Virus record (IMG/VR): IMGVR_UViG_3300036985_004505
Span: 785 to 64,784 of that record
Direction: 5' to 3' (one strand)
DNA: 64,000 bases
DNA from: a virus
Taxonomy: Duplodnaviria; Caudoviricetes
In this document: piece after piece, positions 18,700 to 28,865 of the stretch
How positions within the stretch are numbered: position 1 is the first letter of the stretch
How the letters are laid out: the number at the start of each line of letters is the position of its first letter
Notes under the pieces: model-generated
The model's database searches: none
Told to the model about the DNA's origin: nothing
The model's input: only the letters and a program-made list of their open reading frames with translations
Made by a program: the position numbers and the translations under genes

Positions 18700-21174
18700 A
18701 TGGCGACAACTAATGGAAAAGATGGTGGCTTACTAAAGGGCAAACGCCACTACGATAAGAATGGCAAACCTCTCGGTGGAATTAAAGCGGTTGTTTCAGA
18801 CACTGGACAAGCGGTTGAGTTGGAGGGCGGTGAGGTTATTATTAATAGAGAGGCAAGTAAAAAACATTGGAAAGAACTTAGTAGGATTAACCAAAGTGCT
18901 GGCAATGGTGTACCAATCTTGCCACCAGATAGCGTTGAATCAAATACAGATGAGTATAAATTAGGCGGTAGAACTATTGAGTTTAACCCTAACCACTTAC
19001 CAAATAAGTGGGTTTATGAATACGCTAAAAATATTAAAGATAAATACCCAAAAGTTTGGGACTTAGGGGGCAACCAATTCGGTAATGAGGCTTTTAAAAA
19101 CCTTGAACGTGCTTTAAAGCGTGGTTATTGGACAGATAACGAGGAGTGGATGTATGTTAAGTGGCAAAGTTTTAATGCAAGGCATAAAGGCGACATTAGG
19201 ATTGCTGGTATTATCGCAAATTTAAAATGGCTTAACAAAGTAGAAAAAGGTTGGGGTTATATGAAAAACCTTATTGAAAATGAAATTGCTAAAAAATACC
19301 CTAAAAACACTGGTTGGAAATTTAAAAAAGGCGGTGAGCTTGCAAAAGGTATTAAGTCAGAGCAAGAGCATAAAGGCACGTTAGAAAAACTTTATAAGCA
19401 TAAAATAACGCCAAGCCAAGCACCAACATATATTGCAAAAGACCACTTAAAAGAAGATAAAAAATACTACACCAAGCTAAACAAAATGGAAAAAAAGTTT
19501 ACTAATGGTGGCAATTTACAAAAAGCTGGTTTAGGCTCATTAAAAGTTGGCGACAAGGGTACATTTAAAAACCAACAAGTAGAGATAGTACAAATTACAG
19601 ACGATAGGATATACTTTAAACAAGGCAATGATACACTTTATAGGGGTATAGAACGCTTTGCTACACGCTGGAAAGATAGCGGTGGGGGTAAAGCAAAGCC
19701 GAACACTAAAGCAACTCCAGAATTTAGGCAAGGGCAATATGTAAGGAACATTGGCTCAACAAGATTATTTAAAATTACTGCTATTGTAGAAGATACAAAA
19801 ACCAATAGCGGTTTTAAATATAAAATAGCATCTGTATTAACTGACCAAGACGAGCCCGACTTTATACCGCAAAACCAATTACTTGACGCTTTAGCTAAAC
19901 ATAACTTGCCGTTTATTGAGGCTGACACCATAGTAAACGAGTACAACCAAGATATGACCATAGTTAAAATTGATGAACAGAATGGCGGTCTTATTAAGTT
20001 TAAAGACGACAACCAACAAGTAGTTAAGTATAATGGGGCTGATTATTGGCACACATCAGATGTATTATGGAATTTACAAGTTGGTGCTTGGAAACTACAT
20101 AAAACTGGAGTGGTAAAACCAAAGGCGTTGCCTCAACAACCAACATTAGATTTAAATTTAGGTTTTGCTATTAACACACCTACTGGGCAAAAGTCAAAAC
20201 TCACATATTTGCAACAAGGTTTAGTTCGCACCGATGCTTTTAAAAAGTATTTTGGTGATTGGGAAAAATCGGCAAAAGATTACACCGCAGATGGTTTTAA
20301 AAACTTTGATACACACTACAAAGGCGTATCCAAAGTAATTGATTTAGTAACACTTGAGCCACGCCTTATGTACCACGGAACAATGACAGAAAAAGAGTTT
20401 TATGTTTTTGATGCAAGTCGTAAAAACAAAGGTAGACCTTATTCTTATTTTGCACAAAACATAGAGTACTCGCAACATTTTACGCAAAGTTCACAACGTA
20501 ACAAAGGCACAGAGGAGGTTTTATATAAATGCTTTTTAAGGGTTCTAAAGCCTTTTAATGCAATAGGAACAAACTTTGAGGCTAAAAAAGAAGAGTATGG
20601 TTGGTGGGTTAGTGTTATTTCACTTACAATAACGCAAGATAAATACACTATAAACTATACAACCGAGCAATTAGAAAAAACAATTAAAGCGGTAGAAAGC
20701 CAAATAGGTGCGTACATTAAAGAAATTTGCGGTGGTAATGGAATGTTGGCACAACCTTTTTGGATATTTATGGCTCGTGATAAAAAAAGTACGTTTAAAG
20801 CATTTTTAATGTCTTACGATTACGATGGTATAAACTATGCCGAAAACTATACCGAGCCTTACGATGTTAATAACCCATCAGAGTACACAATGGCGGTAAC
20901 GCTTTTTGATAGCGACCAAATTAAATTAGGGGATGGTAGGAATTTAGATTTTGACAAAATGAATCCAGATATACGCTACGAAGAGGGGGGCAACTTGCAC
21001 CAACAAGAAAAAACGCACCAACCTGAATTAGATAAAAAGCATAAATTAGGCAAGGCGTTATTCGGTGATAAATACCAATACGAAGATGGCGGTAATTTAA
21101 TAGCACACCCAACGCACCATTTAAGCGAGGAAAGGGCTTACGTAGACGATATAATAGCTAAAATGAAAAAATAA
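18700..21174 (+). CDS. polyvalent-type multidomain protein with DUF5661-like and ADP-ribosyltransferase-like regions
   Basis: ELEGGEVIIN N-motif, EQEH...IAKDHLKED..YYTKL, and VRTDAFKKYFGDWE...EPRLMYHGT...YSYF. Confidence 0.65.
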   Translation: MATTNGKDGGLLKGKRHYDKNGKPLGGIKAVVSDTGQAVELEGGEVIINREASKKHWKELSRINQSAGNGVPILPPDSVESNTDEYKLGGRTIEFNPNHLPNKWVYEYAKNIKDKYPKVWDLGGNQFGNEAFKNLERALKRGYWTDNEEWMYVKWQSFNARHKGDIRIAGIIANLKWLNKVEKGWGYMKNLIENEIAKKYPKNTGWKFKKGGELAKGIKSEQEHKGTLEKLYKHKITPSQAPTYIAKDHLKEDKKYYTKLNKMEKKFTNGGNLQKAGLGSLKVGDKGTFKNQQVEIVQITDDRIYFKQGNDTLYRGIERFATRWKDSGGGKAKPNTKATPEFRQGQYVRNIGSTRLFKITAIVEDTKTNSGFKYKIASVLTDQDEPDFIPQNQLLDALAKHNLPFIEADTIVNEYNQDMTIVKIDEQNGGLIKFKDDNQQVVKYNGADYWHTSDVLWNLQVGAWKLHKTGVVKPKALPQQPTLDLNLGFAINTPTGQKSKLTYLQQGLVRTDAFKKYFGDWEKSAKDYTADGFKNFDTHYKGVSKVIDLVTLEPRLMYHGTMTEKEFYVFDASRKNKGRPYSYFAQNIEYSQHFTQSSQRNKGTEEVLYKCFLRVLKPFNAIGTNFEAKKEEYGWWVSVISLTITQDKYTINYTTEQLEKTIKAVESQIGAYIKEICGGNGMLAQPFWIFMARDKKSTFKAFLMSYDYDGINYAENYTEPYDVNNPSEYTMAVTLFDSDQIKLGDGRNLDFDKMNPDIRYEEGGNLHQQEKTHQPELDKKHKLGKALFGDKYQYEDGGNLIAHPTHHLSEERAYVDDIIAKMKK

Positions 21175-21175
21175 A

Positions 21176-21919
21176 ATGGCAAAAAAAACAACAAAAAGCT
21201 ACATAAAAAAATTTGATGAGTTCTCAATATCTATGTGTGATTTTTTATCAAACTACGAGGATTTAACTTATTACGAGGCAATGCTTTTGGTTGCAACACC
21301 TAAAAGCCAACTAATATTAGATGAGCGTTGCGTTGGTGACAATGGCACTATGGGGTACTTGCAAGATACCGCTAACCTTTTACTTGAAGATGGTTTTGAA
21401 ACGCCTTATGAAATAGGTGATAATTTTGATAATTCAAAAGGTGGCGATTTAAGGAATATTGTAAATATAGATGAAAAGTATATTTATTTTGACACCGAAA
21501 AATCAAGGGCAAGGGGCATAAAGGCTTTTAAGTACAATAGAGGCACTTTTGATAGGTATATTGATGCTGGGGTTATAGTTATTAAAAAGCAAACCCAACA
21601 ACAACCAAACGAATACGCTAACAATACGCAAGATGAACTTAAACAACTAATAAAAGCATTTACATACCTTGCACAAAAGGGTGATAAAGAGGCACAAGAA
21701 GAATTAATAATTTTACAAAAACTAACAACAGAAAACCCTAAATTTAAAACTGGCGACAATGTTGTTGTTTACGATACAAGCGGTACTAAGGCGATATACA
21801 ACGCAGAAATAAAATTTATTGATAAAGATGGCTATGCTCGTTTAGTAACAGATACTGGCTTCGTTATAAGTAAAGTAATAACAAATGAAAGCAAAGATGT
21901 TAAATTAAAAACAAAATAA
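21176..21919 (+). CDS. hypothetical protein with SH3/KOW-like modules
   Basis: YEIGDNF and FKTGDNV strand motifs. Confidence 0.6.
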   Translation: MAKKTTKSYIKKFDEFSISMCDFLSNYEDLTYYEAMLLVATPKSQLILDERCVGDNGTMGYLQDTANLLLEDGFETPYEIGDNFDNSKGGDLRNIVNIDEKYIYFDTEKSRARGIKAFKYNRGTFDRYIDAGVIVIKKQTQQQPNEYANNTQDELKQLIKAFTYLAQKGDKEAQEELIILQKLTTENPKFKTGDNVVVYDTSGTKAIYNAEIKFIDKDGYARLVTDTGFVISKVITNESKDVKLKTK

Positions 21920-21929
21920 TAAAATAAAA

Positions 21930-23351
21930 ATGACAAAAACAGAGTTAGAAACAAAGTTAGCCGATTTAAAATTAGCACTTTCAATAGCCAAACCAAAAAT
22001 GAAAGCGTCTTTAGAAAAAGAAATTAAAGATACCGAAAACGAGTTGGCAAATTTAAGCGTTACACCCACACAAAGTAACCCAGACTTCTTAGCAACTGTA
22101 TTGGGTACTATTGCAACCCAAATGGGAAGTGGAAAAGGTAGTGGGGTAGATTCACCACAAGTCCGTGCAATTATTAAAGATTATTTAGGCAAGGATAAAG
22201 TTCAATTAAACGAACTTGACCAAAAGATTTTGGATGAAATTAAACGTAACCAAATGATTACTTTGGAACTTCCAGGGTATGCCAAAAAACTTGAAGTGGG
22301 TACAGAACAAACTGACATTCCTAATTTTTGGGAAATTGTTGATGATATTTTAGCGGGAAACAATGTTTACTTAATCGGCGAGGCTGGTGGCGGTAAAACA
22401 TATACGGCAGAACAAATATCTGCAATTATTGGGCGTAAAGCGGTTACATTAAACTGCTCACAATATACAAGTCCATTAGAAATTTTGGGCGGTCAGTCAA
22501 TTGATGGTTTTAAAGAGGGTAAACTAATTGATTGTTGGAAAAATGGTAAAATATTAATTATGGATGAAATGCCAAAATTAGACCCAAACACCGCTGGTTT
22601 ATTTAATGACGCACTTGCTAAAAGCACCAAAACAAAAACAAACGCACAATCAAAAATTAATAGTGCAAATACAGATGAGCCACCTATTGAAAGGCATAGT
22701 GATTTTGGTATTATTGCCACTGGAAATATTTACCCAAACACCGCACCGCCCGAGCAATATCGTGGTAACAACCAACAAGATTTATCTTTATTAGACCGCT
22801 TTAGTGGTAGTGTTTATTATACAGAGTTTAATGAGCCTTTAGACCAAAAGATGTGTCGCTTTGAATTCCTTTATAAATTTTTGGTTGGTAACTACCACGA
22901 GTACATAAGAGCAAAACAAAATAACGGCACAATGCCAACACCAAGAGGGTTAAGAACTATTATTGAAGATAACAATATGAAAAACCTTGCCCTTGTTAGT
23001 TATCGTACCGAAGTTAGCTTTAGGGTTGCTTTTGAATACGAGTTGGTAAGAGCCATTGCTCGTAAAGAGGGTAAAGATGTACAAGTTATAGGTAAAACCC
23101 TTGCCAAGACATTTGAAAGCTATATGGTAGCGTTTAGAAGTAATAGGGATACTTACAATACCCTAATTACACAGACTGGTTACACGCCAAGCTACATACA
23201 AAATTTAGTAGATGATGCCATTGAAGAAATTACTTCAGGCGAGGCTGGGTTTAAAGCGTCTTTAACTACAAAAGCAAGAGAAACCGCAAACCCAATTTAT
23301 ACAACGTACAAAGATTTTTTAGTTAGCGAACAAGCAAAAGTAAACCCATAA
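21930..23351 (+). CDS. MoxR/CbbQ/CobS-like AAA+ ATPase
   Basis: GEAGGGKT Walker A, ILIMDE Walker B, IATGN sensor 1, LLDRF arginine finger. Confidence 0.85.
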   Translation: MTKTELETKLADLKLALSIAKPKMKASLEKEIKDTENELANLSVTPTQSNPDFLATVLGTIATQMGSGKGSGVDSPQVRAIIKDYLGKDKVQLNELDQKILDEIKRNQMITLELPGYAKKLEVGTEQTDIPNFWEIVDDILAGNNVYLIGEAGGGKTYTAEQISAIIGRKAVTLNCSQYTSPLEILGGQSIDGFKEGKLIDCWKNGKILIMDEMPKLDPNTAGLFNDALAKSTKTKTNAQSKINSANTDEPPIERHSDFGIIATGNIYPNTAPPEQYRGNNQQDLSLLDRFSGSVYYTEFNEPLDQKMCRFEFLYKFLVGNYHEYIRAKQNNGTMPTPRGLRTIIEDNNMKNLALVSYRTEVSFRVAFEYELVRAIARKEGKDVQVIGKTLAKTFESYMVAFRSNRDTYNTLITQTGYTPSYIQNLVDDAIEEITSGEAGFKASLTTKARETANPIYTTYKDFLVSEQAKVNP

Positions 23352-24844
23352 TGCAAATACAAGACCCCTCATATTACAAAAGAAAGGAGTTGGACGCCGA
23401 TAGAACCGCTTTTTATTTTGATGGTACTACCGACTATAATAGGTTTATAGCAGAAGTAGAGGCAAACGCTATGGCAGACAACAGAAGTAATGCAAGGCGT
23501 GGTTTTGAAATGCTAAACGACACGAATTATGTACCAAATATTATTCGTAGGAATGGTGCATCTAAATACGGCACAACCGATGCAAGTTTGGTTACTAATG
23601 CAATTAGCGGATATTTATTCAATAACGAGTTAGATACCTTTATTCAAAATGTAAGGGATAGGACTGTTAATGTTGATATTGTTGATATTGACCAAGTTAA
23701 AAGCATAAAGTTTACCGAAATGGAAATTGGTATTTTTAGCTTTGATTTAGCATCTTTGGGGTTAATTCCCGTAATGGAGTATTATAGCCCTTTGCTAAAA
23801 AAAATAGTTAGTGGAAACTTTGTATTTGCACATAAAGACGCTAACAACAAACCCCTAAAAGACGCTAATGGCAAGACTATGTTTTACCATATATTTGTAG
23901 CCGAGATACCAAGACACGTTGTTGAATTTGATGGCGGTAAAAATGGCTATTATAGTGATATTTTAAAAAGGGTTGTGGAAAAAGAAAATTTAATTTTTAA
24001 CCAAACCACAAACCAATTTATTTACCCACAAACGCCCGAAATACCGCAACACGATGTTGTGCAACAACAGAAATTAGATGCAAACGGCAAGAAAAAATGG
24101 TCTACAACTTGGAAAAAATCATTTATACATATCCCAAAAGTTAATAAACCACTACCTCGTATTGATATTATTGTGGCAAGTAGTTTTAGTTGGGGCGTAA
24201 ATGCCGAAAGCGAAATGATTTATAGTAGTATGTCGGCAATAGCACTTGCAGAGAAATTAAGCAAAGCAAATGTAAATTACAGAATAATAGTTGCATACCC
24301 TTTGGAAACAAGCGGTAACGGAAGTACGAAACAAATATATAGCTATGTAGTTGCAAAAAAAGATGGCGAGGCTTTAGATAAAAATAAAATAGCCGTTTTA
24401 ATGAGTGATGGTAGGCAATTCCGTTACAACCAATTTAAAGGTTTTTACGCAACCCAATACGATGCAGATTTTGACTCAAGAATAAGTGTTGATGGCATAG
24501 GGCAACCAATTAACGATAGCTTATTTGTAGACAAGCAAACCGAAAACGAGGGTAGTGGCGACAAATATATAATCCGTAACCTTGATGATTTAAGCCAAAG
24601 CACAAGGTATTCTGATGAATACGATACACCGCAAGATGCCGTTGTAGACATTAAAGCAAACGGATGGAATATTGATAGGGCGAAAATTGCTTATATGGAC
24701 TATTTAGCAACATCAATAAGCCCTGAAGATGTAAGGGCATCTAAAAATTGGGATAGCAAAATTTTATTTAGCGGTGCATTAACAGAAGACCAAGCCACTA
24801 ACCAATACGAAAGTGCAATTAGAAAAATATCAAACTTAACATAA
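23351..24844 (+). CDS. putative vWA-like partner of the MoxR ATPase
   Basis: Translationally coupled to the ATPase. Has a beta-alpha core IDIIVASSFSWGV...ALAEKLSKANVNYRIIV. MoxR ATPases typically pair with vWA proteins. Confidence 0.55.
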   Translation: MQIQDPSYYKRKELDADRTAFYFDGTTDYNRFIAEVEANAMADNRSNARRGFEMLNDTNYVPNIIRRNGASKYGTTDASLVTNAISGYLFNNELDTFIQNVRDRTVNVDIVDIDQVKSIKFTEMEIGIFSFDLASLGLIPVMEYYSPLLKKIVSGNFVFAHKDANNKPLKDANGKTMFYHIFVAEIPRHVVEFDGGKNGYYSDILKRVVEKENLIFNQTTNQFIYPQTPEIPQHDVVQQQKLDANGKKKWSTTWKKSFIHIPKVNKPLPRIDIIVASSFSWGVNAESEMIYSSMSAIALAEKLSKANVNYRIIVAYPLETSGNGSTKQIYSYVVAKKDGEALDKNKIAVLMSDGRQFRYNQFKGFYATQYDADFDSRISVDGIGQPINDSLFVDKQTENEGSGDKYIIRNLDDLSQSTRYSDEYDTPQDAVVDIKANGWNIDRAKIAYMDYLATSISPEDVRASKNWDSKILFSGALTEDQATNQYESAIRKISNLT

Positions 24845-24848
24845 CATT

Positions 24849-25163
24849 ATGGTAGAGGTAACGCAAAAGCAAAAGGAAAAAATTGAAATGTACCAAAAGC
24901 AATTTGAGGAAAACATTGCCGAGTACGAAAATTGGGGAAGTCAGCAAGATTGCCGTTTTGGTATTTATGTTAGCGAAAAACCTGAGGATAAAAACGTAAC
25001 GATTGTTATGATTACTATTACTGGCATAAGCGATACCTACCAAACATATAAGGCAATAAATAACATTATGGTTGAACCCGATGGTGAAAGTTGCAAATTA
25101 ACCGATATTTACCCAAAAGAGTACGTTTTGGACTACATAGAAACATTAAAAAAAATAAATTAA
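24849..25163 (+). CDS. hypothetical protein
   Basis: 104 aa ORF. Confidence 0.65.
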   Translation: MVEVTQKQKEKIEMYQKQFEENIAEYENWGSQQDCRFGIYVSEKPEDKNVTIVMITITGISDTYQTYKAINNIMVEPDGESCKLTDIYPKEYVLDYIETLKKIN

Positions 25164-26582
25164 ATGGGAAAACTATTAACCATACTTGGAATAACAGACC
25201 AAAGTAACTTAACGGAAGATGTTTTAACTGCCGAAAATTTAATTATCGGTATGCAATATATTTACGAAAACTCACCTGAAAGCGAGCAAAAGGAATCGTT
25301 AGCAATAGCAATAGCCGAAACTATACGTTTAACTTTGCAACAAATTAAAGGGTTGCCACTTACACCGCCACAAGCACCGCAAGTTTTTAGCAATAAACCG
25401 AGAATTTTAACCGAAGTAGAAATGGCGGTCATTTATGGTTTAGCTTGGCGTACCGAAGTTGCTTTAGACAATAAAAACGAAATAGCAACTTGGGTTAGTC
25501 CAGCGATGGATAAATATTTTGGTAATGAACTTACACAAAAACAAATTGACGATTTAGGCACAAGGGATATGGCAGATGTAGATTTAAATTTTGTGATTAG
25601 CCTTTATATGACAACACTTAACCCTAAATTTAACAACCAACAAAGCACCCCAACACCCCCACCGCAAACCATTGTACAAGTTGGTGATATTTTTAAACAC
25701 GCAACCGAAACAAAACACCCCCCTTATTATGTTGTTAATATACAAAACGACAAAGTTACTATTGCGTGGACTAAAAACTCTATGGTAAGGCAAGTTGATT
25801 ACGATTTGCAAGATGTTATAGATTATATTGATAATGGCAATTGGATAAGAGTTAATAACCAACAAGCCACGCCAAAATTTAAGGTAGGGGATTGGGTTAT
25901 TTCAAGTTATAAAATGATTGGTAGGATTACCGATTGTGAGGGTACAGCACCAAATTTTACTTACGATGGCGTTAAATTTAACGGCACAACTGCGTTTGCT
26001 ATGATACCTGAAAACTTACTACAAAAAGTAGATTTGGCTGATTATATGGATTCTTTTAACGTAAAAGCTGGAAACATTTTTAAGTCAAAAAACGGAGGCA
26101 ATTTCATAAGAATTTTGGAAACCACTAAAGATAAAATTGTTACGTTAAGTTCAGATAATGAAGGTAATATAACTGAATTTAATATAGACGAATTTATTGT
26201 ATTACTTGAAAGCGATGTTATTAATTATGTAAAAGATGGTGATAGACCACTTTATAAAGTTGGCGATGTTGTAACTTGGGGTAGCGACCTTAGAGATATG
26301 ACAATAACAAGCATACAAGTTGATGGGGATGGTGGTTGGTTTTATGTTGGGGATATGGAAAATGGCAAAGAAGACGGTACTTTTGAAGGTATGTTATGGC
26401 TATCTACAAAAAAAACATTACCTCAACCAACAAAACCAACCGCAAAAAAAGGCACACGCCAAAGTCCACAAACGAGTGCAAACGATGTAAAAGAGGGTAC
26501 TAAAATGAAAGGTATTGACGGCAATATGTGGGTATCTAAAAAAACAAGTGCTGGGTATAAGCAATGGAAAAAAATAAAATAA
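25164..26582 (+). CDS. protein with tandem SH3/KOW-like modules and a basic C-terminal domain
   Basis: Repeated QVGDI/KVGDW/KAGNI/KVGDV, and a C-terminal RQSP..SA...G.DGNMW...KQWKK. Confidence 0.65.
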   Translation: MGKLLTILGITDQSNLTEDVLTAENLIIGMQYIYENSPESEQKESLAIAIAETIRLTLQQIKGLPLTPPQAPQVFSNKPRILTEVEMAVIYGLAWRTEVALDNKNEIATWVSPAMDKYFGNELTQKQIDDLGTRDMADVDLNFVISLYMTTLNPKFNNQQSTPTPPPQTIVQVGDIFKHATETKHPPYYVVNIQNDKVTIAWTKNSMVRQVDYDLQDVIDYIDNGNWIRVNNQQATPKFKVGDWVISSYKMIGRITDCEGTAPNFTYDGVKFNGTTAFAMIPENLLQKVDLADYMDSFNVKAGNIFKSKNGGNFIRILETTKDKIVTLSSDNEGNITEFNIDEFIVLLESDVINYVKDGDRPLYKVGDVVTWGSDLRDMTITSIQVDGDGGWFYVGDMENGKEDGTFEGMLWLSTKKTLPQPTKPTAKKGTRQSPQTSANDVKEGTKMKGIDGNMWVSKKTSAGYKQWKKIK

Positions 26583-28786
26583 TGGAAAAAGAAACTTATT
26601 GCGTAGTTGTCGTACAATTCGACAACGGAGTTAAACGTACAACCGAAGTAATGCCTAAAGAACTTGCTACCCAATGGGTGCATAAATACGGAGGTAGGGC
26701 AGAAAATTGTGAAGTGTTTGAGTGTACGCCCGATGGTGAGCATTTACGCAAGTTAGCAACTCCAAAAATGGAACTTGGCGGTGGCGTAGAGCCAATTAAA
26801 AACGCTAAAGGTGAATATGCTTTATACCCTGAGAGCCCGACTAAAAAAAGTATGGGATTGCTTTTAGAGTATGGCGGCACTATGACAACAAGTGACGATG
26901 TGTCGGCTCCAATTTTAGGGGGTACAATGGGTAGCAGTATGCGTGATGGCGGTAATGTTGGTTCAGATTGGCAAGTTATGTTTGAATCAAGAAGTGGTAG
27001 CGGTAAAGTTTCAAGTGTAATTGTACAAGCATCAAATTTAGCAGAGGCAAAAAGTAAAGGCTGGGTAAAAAGTGGGTTAGATAAAAAATACTTTGCGTTT
27101 TTAACCGCTTACGAAAAAAAGGAATTTGGGGGCAACACTAATTCAAAAAAAAACGATAATGACGACATAAGCCAATATTATGATATGGAATTTGCGTTGG
27201 GTGGCGGTGTGCCAAACCAAAAGCAAATTGATATTATAACAAAAAAAATTGGGTTAAGCGTAGACAACGCTGATTATTTAATTAAACAAAGCCCTAAATT
27301 TGCCGTATGGTTCGCTGATATGATTGTAAAAGATGAGGCGAAAAACTACACAATAGGCTCAACGGCAAATGTAAATATAGATGGTTTTCAAGGTACTATT
27401 GAAATTAAAACTGAAAAAGACGCAAAAGAAATTACACTAAAAAGGCTTAATGTTACCAGTAGTTATATTAGGGTTAATTATAATTATGGTATAAGGCAAG
27501 TGCTTGATTGGTTAATGCACCCTTTAACACCAAAACAAAATTTAAGAGAATTAAGTTTTGCAGATGCCATACAAAAATCAGTAGAATTTCATAAAGAATT
27601 ACAAGCATTAGGGGGTGATATAAATTTTGTAGAAGATTCAGAAAACGAAATTATAAAGCGTTACCCATTAACAGAAGAGGGGGTTGAATATTATTGGGTT
27701 GGCATACCAAGTGGGTATTGTGATATAGAAAGTAAAAGGATGGGGCATTGCGGTAGAACTGGTCACGGAGGGTTAATATCTTTACGCTCTATTAAGCCAT
27801 ACGGCAAAGGTCATACAATTAACGATAGCCACGTTACAATAGCTTATGACGAGGACGATAACTTGTTTTACCAAGTTAAAGGCAAGAAAAACCAAAAGCC
27901 AGCAGAAAAATACCACCCTTACATTTATGACTTAATTAAAACCCTTGCAAGTGACCCCGACCATTTATTTAAAGGGTTCGGTAGCGAGTATGCCTCAAAT
28001 GAGGATTACGGCTTTGATGATATGTCGGTGGAGCAAATAGAAGAACTTAACGAAATAAACAAATACATTTTTTATGGTTTTTCTGGGCAATTAGTTCTTT
28101 ATAAAGCAGGACTAATTGAGGAAAAACCAATAACGGAATTTATAATAGAAAAAAGTGCAACCTATGTAGACGATTTGCTAAGGGTTGATAGGTATTTGGG
28201 GAGGAATAGGTTTGTAGCAGATATTTTAGAGGGTGACTTGTCAGCATTCTTTTTTGATGGAAGTTGGGGTTATTACCGAGAAAACATTAAAGATTGCCTT
28301 GAAAACCTAAATGCAGACAACGAGCAAAGGGTAGTAGATGAGGTAATGCGTTTAACTAACCATAAGCTACAAGAGGTGCTTTCTAATGGCGTTTACAATT
28401 ATTTAATAGGCAACGTAGAGGGGTTTCACGAAGACGAGTTTGACGAAATAAAAATGGCTTTGGCAAACGCACACGTTTCAGCAGAAGAAACCGAGTATTT
28501 ACGCCACTATAACATTAAATTAAAAGATGCTTTAGATAATTTAGGGGTTATTAAAAAATTAAATTACGAGGGCGTTATAATAGAAATAGACCTATCTGAT
28601 TTACTTTCAAACCAACAAATTAGTACATATATGAAGGGTTTGGGTAGTGAGGAACTTGCCGATGTGTTTTGGGGGGCGGTAGAAGATGGTAGCATTGATT
28701 TGCCTAATTTTTATATAGACGAACAATATACCGCTTACGCTGAACGTAAAGATGTAAATATATATTTTGCCAGTGAAAGTTTTTAA
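26564..28786 (+). CDS. polyvalent-type protein with a PcfJ-like domain
   Basis: AIQKSVEFHKEL...ESKRMGHCG...QVKGKKNQKP, with a GG-rich N-terminal region. Confidence 0.55.
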   Translation: MEKNKIMEKETYCVVVVQFDNGVKRTTEVMPKELATQWVHKYGGRAENCEVFECTPDGEHLRKLATPKMELGGGVEPIKNAKGEYALYPESPTKKSMGLLLEYGGTMTTSDDVSAPILGGTMGSSMRDGGNVGSDWQVMFESRSGSGKVSSVIVQASNLAEAKSKGWVKSGLDKKYFAFLTAYEKKEFGGNTNSKKNDNDDISQYYDMEFALGGGVPNQKQIDIITKKIGLSVDNADYLIKQSPKFAVWFADMIVKDEAKNYTIGSTANVNIDGFQGTIEIKTEKDAKEITLKRLNVTSSYIRVNYNYGIRQVLDWLMHPLTPKQNLRELSFADAIQKSVEFHKELQALGGDINFVEDSENEIIKRYPLTEEGVEYYWVGIPSGYCDIESKRMGHCGRTGHGGLISLRSIKPYGKGHTINDSHVTIAYDEDDNLFYQVKGKKNQKPAEKYHPYIYDLIKTLASDPDHLFKGFGSEYASNEDYGFDDMSVEQIEELNEINKYIFYGFSGQLVLYKAGLIEEKPITEFIIEKSATYVDDLLRVDRYLGRNRFVADILEGDLSAFFFDGSWGYYRENIKDCLENLNADNEQRVVDEVMRLTNHKLQEVLSNGVYNYLIGNVEGFHEDEFDEIKMALANAHVSAEETEYLRHYNIKLKDALDNLGVIKKLNYEGVIIEIDLSDLLSNQQISTYMKGLGSEELADVFWGAVEDGSIDLPNFYIDEQYTAYAERKDVNIYFASESF

Positions 28787-28816
28787 TGTATCGGGCAACA
28801 AAAAAATAATTATAAT

Positions 28817-28845
28817 TGTACAAAAAAATGAATTACATTTGTACT
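28817..28845 (+). promoter_or_regulatory. promoter with paired TGTAC(A) boxes
   Basis: TGTACA at 28817 and TGTAC at 28840 (23 nt apart), overlapping TACATTTG at 28834-28841. Confidence 0.6.
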
Positions 28846-28865
28846 AAACTTAAAAACAAATAAAT

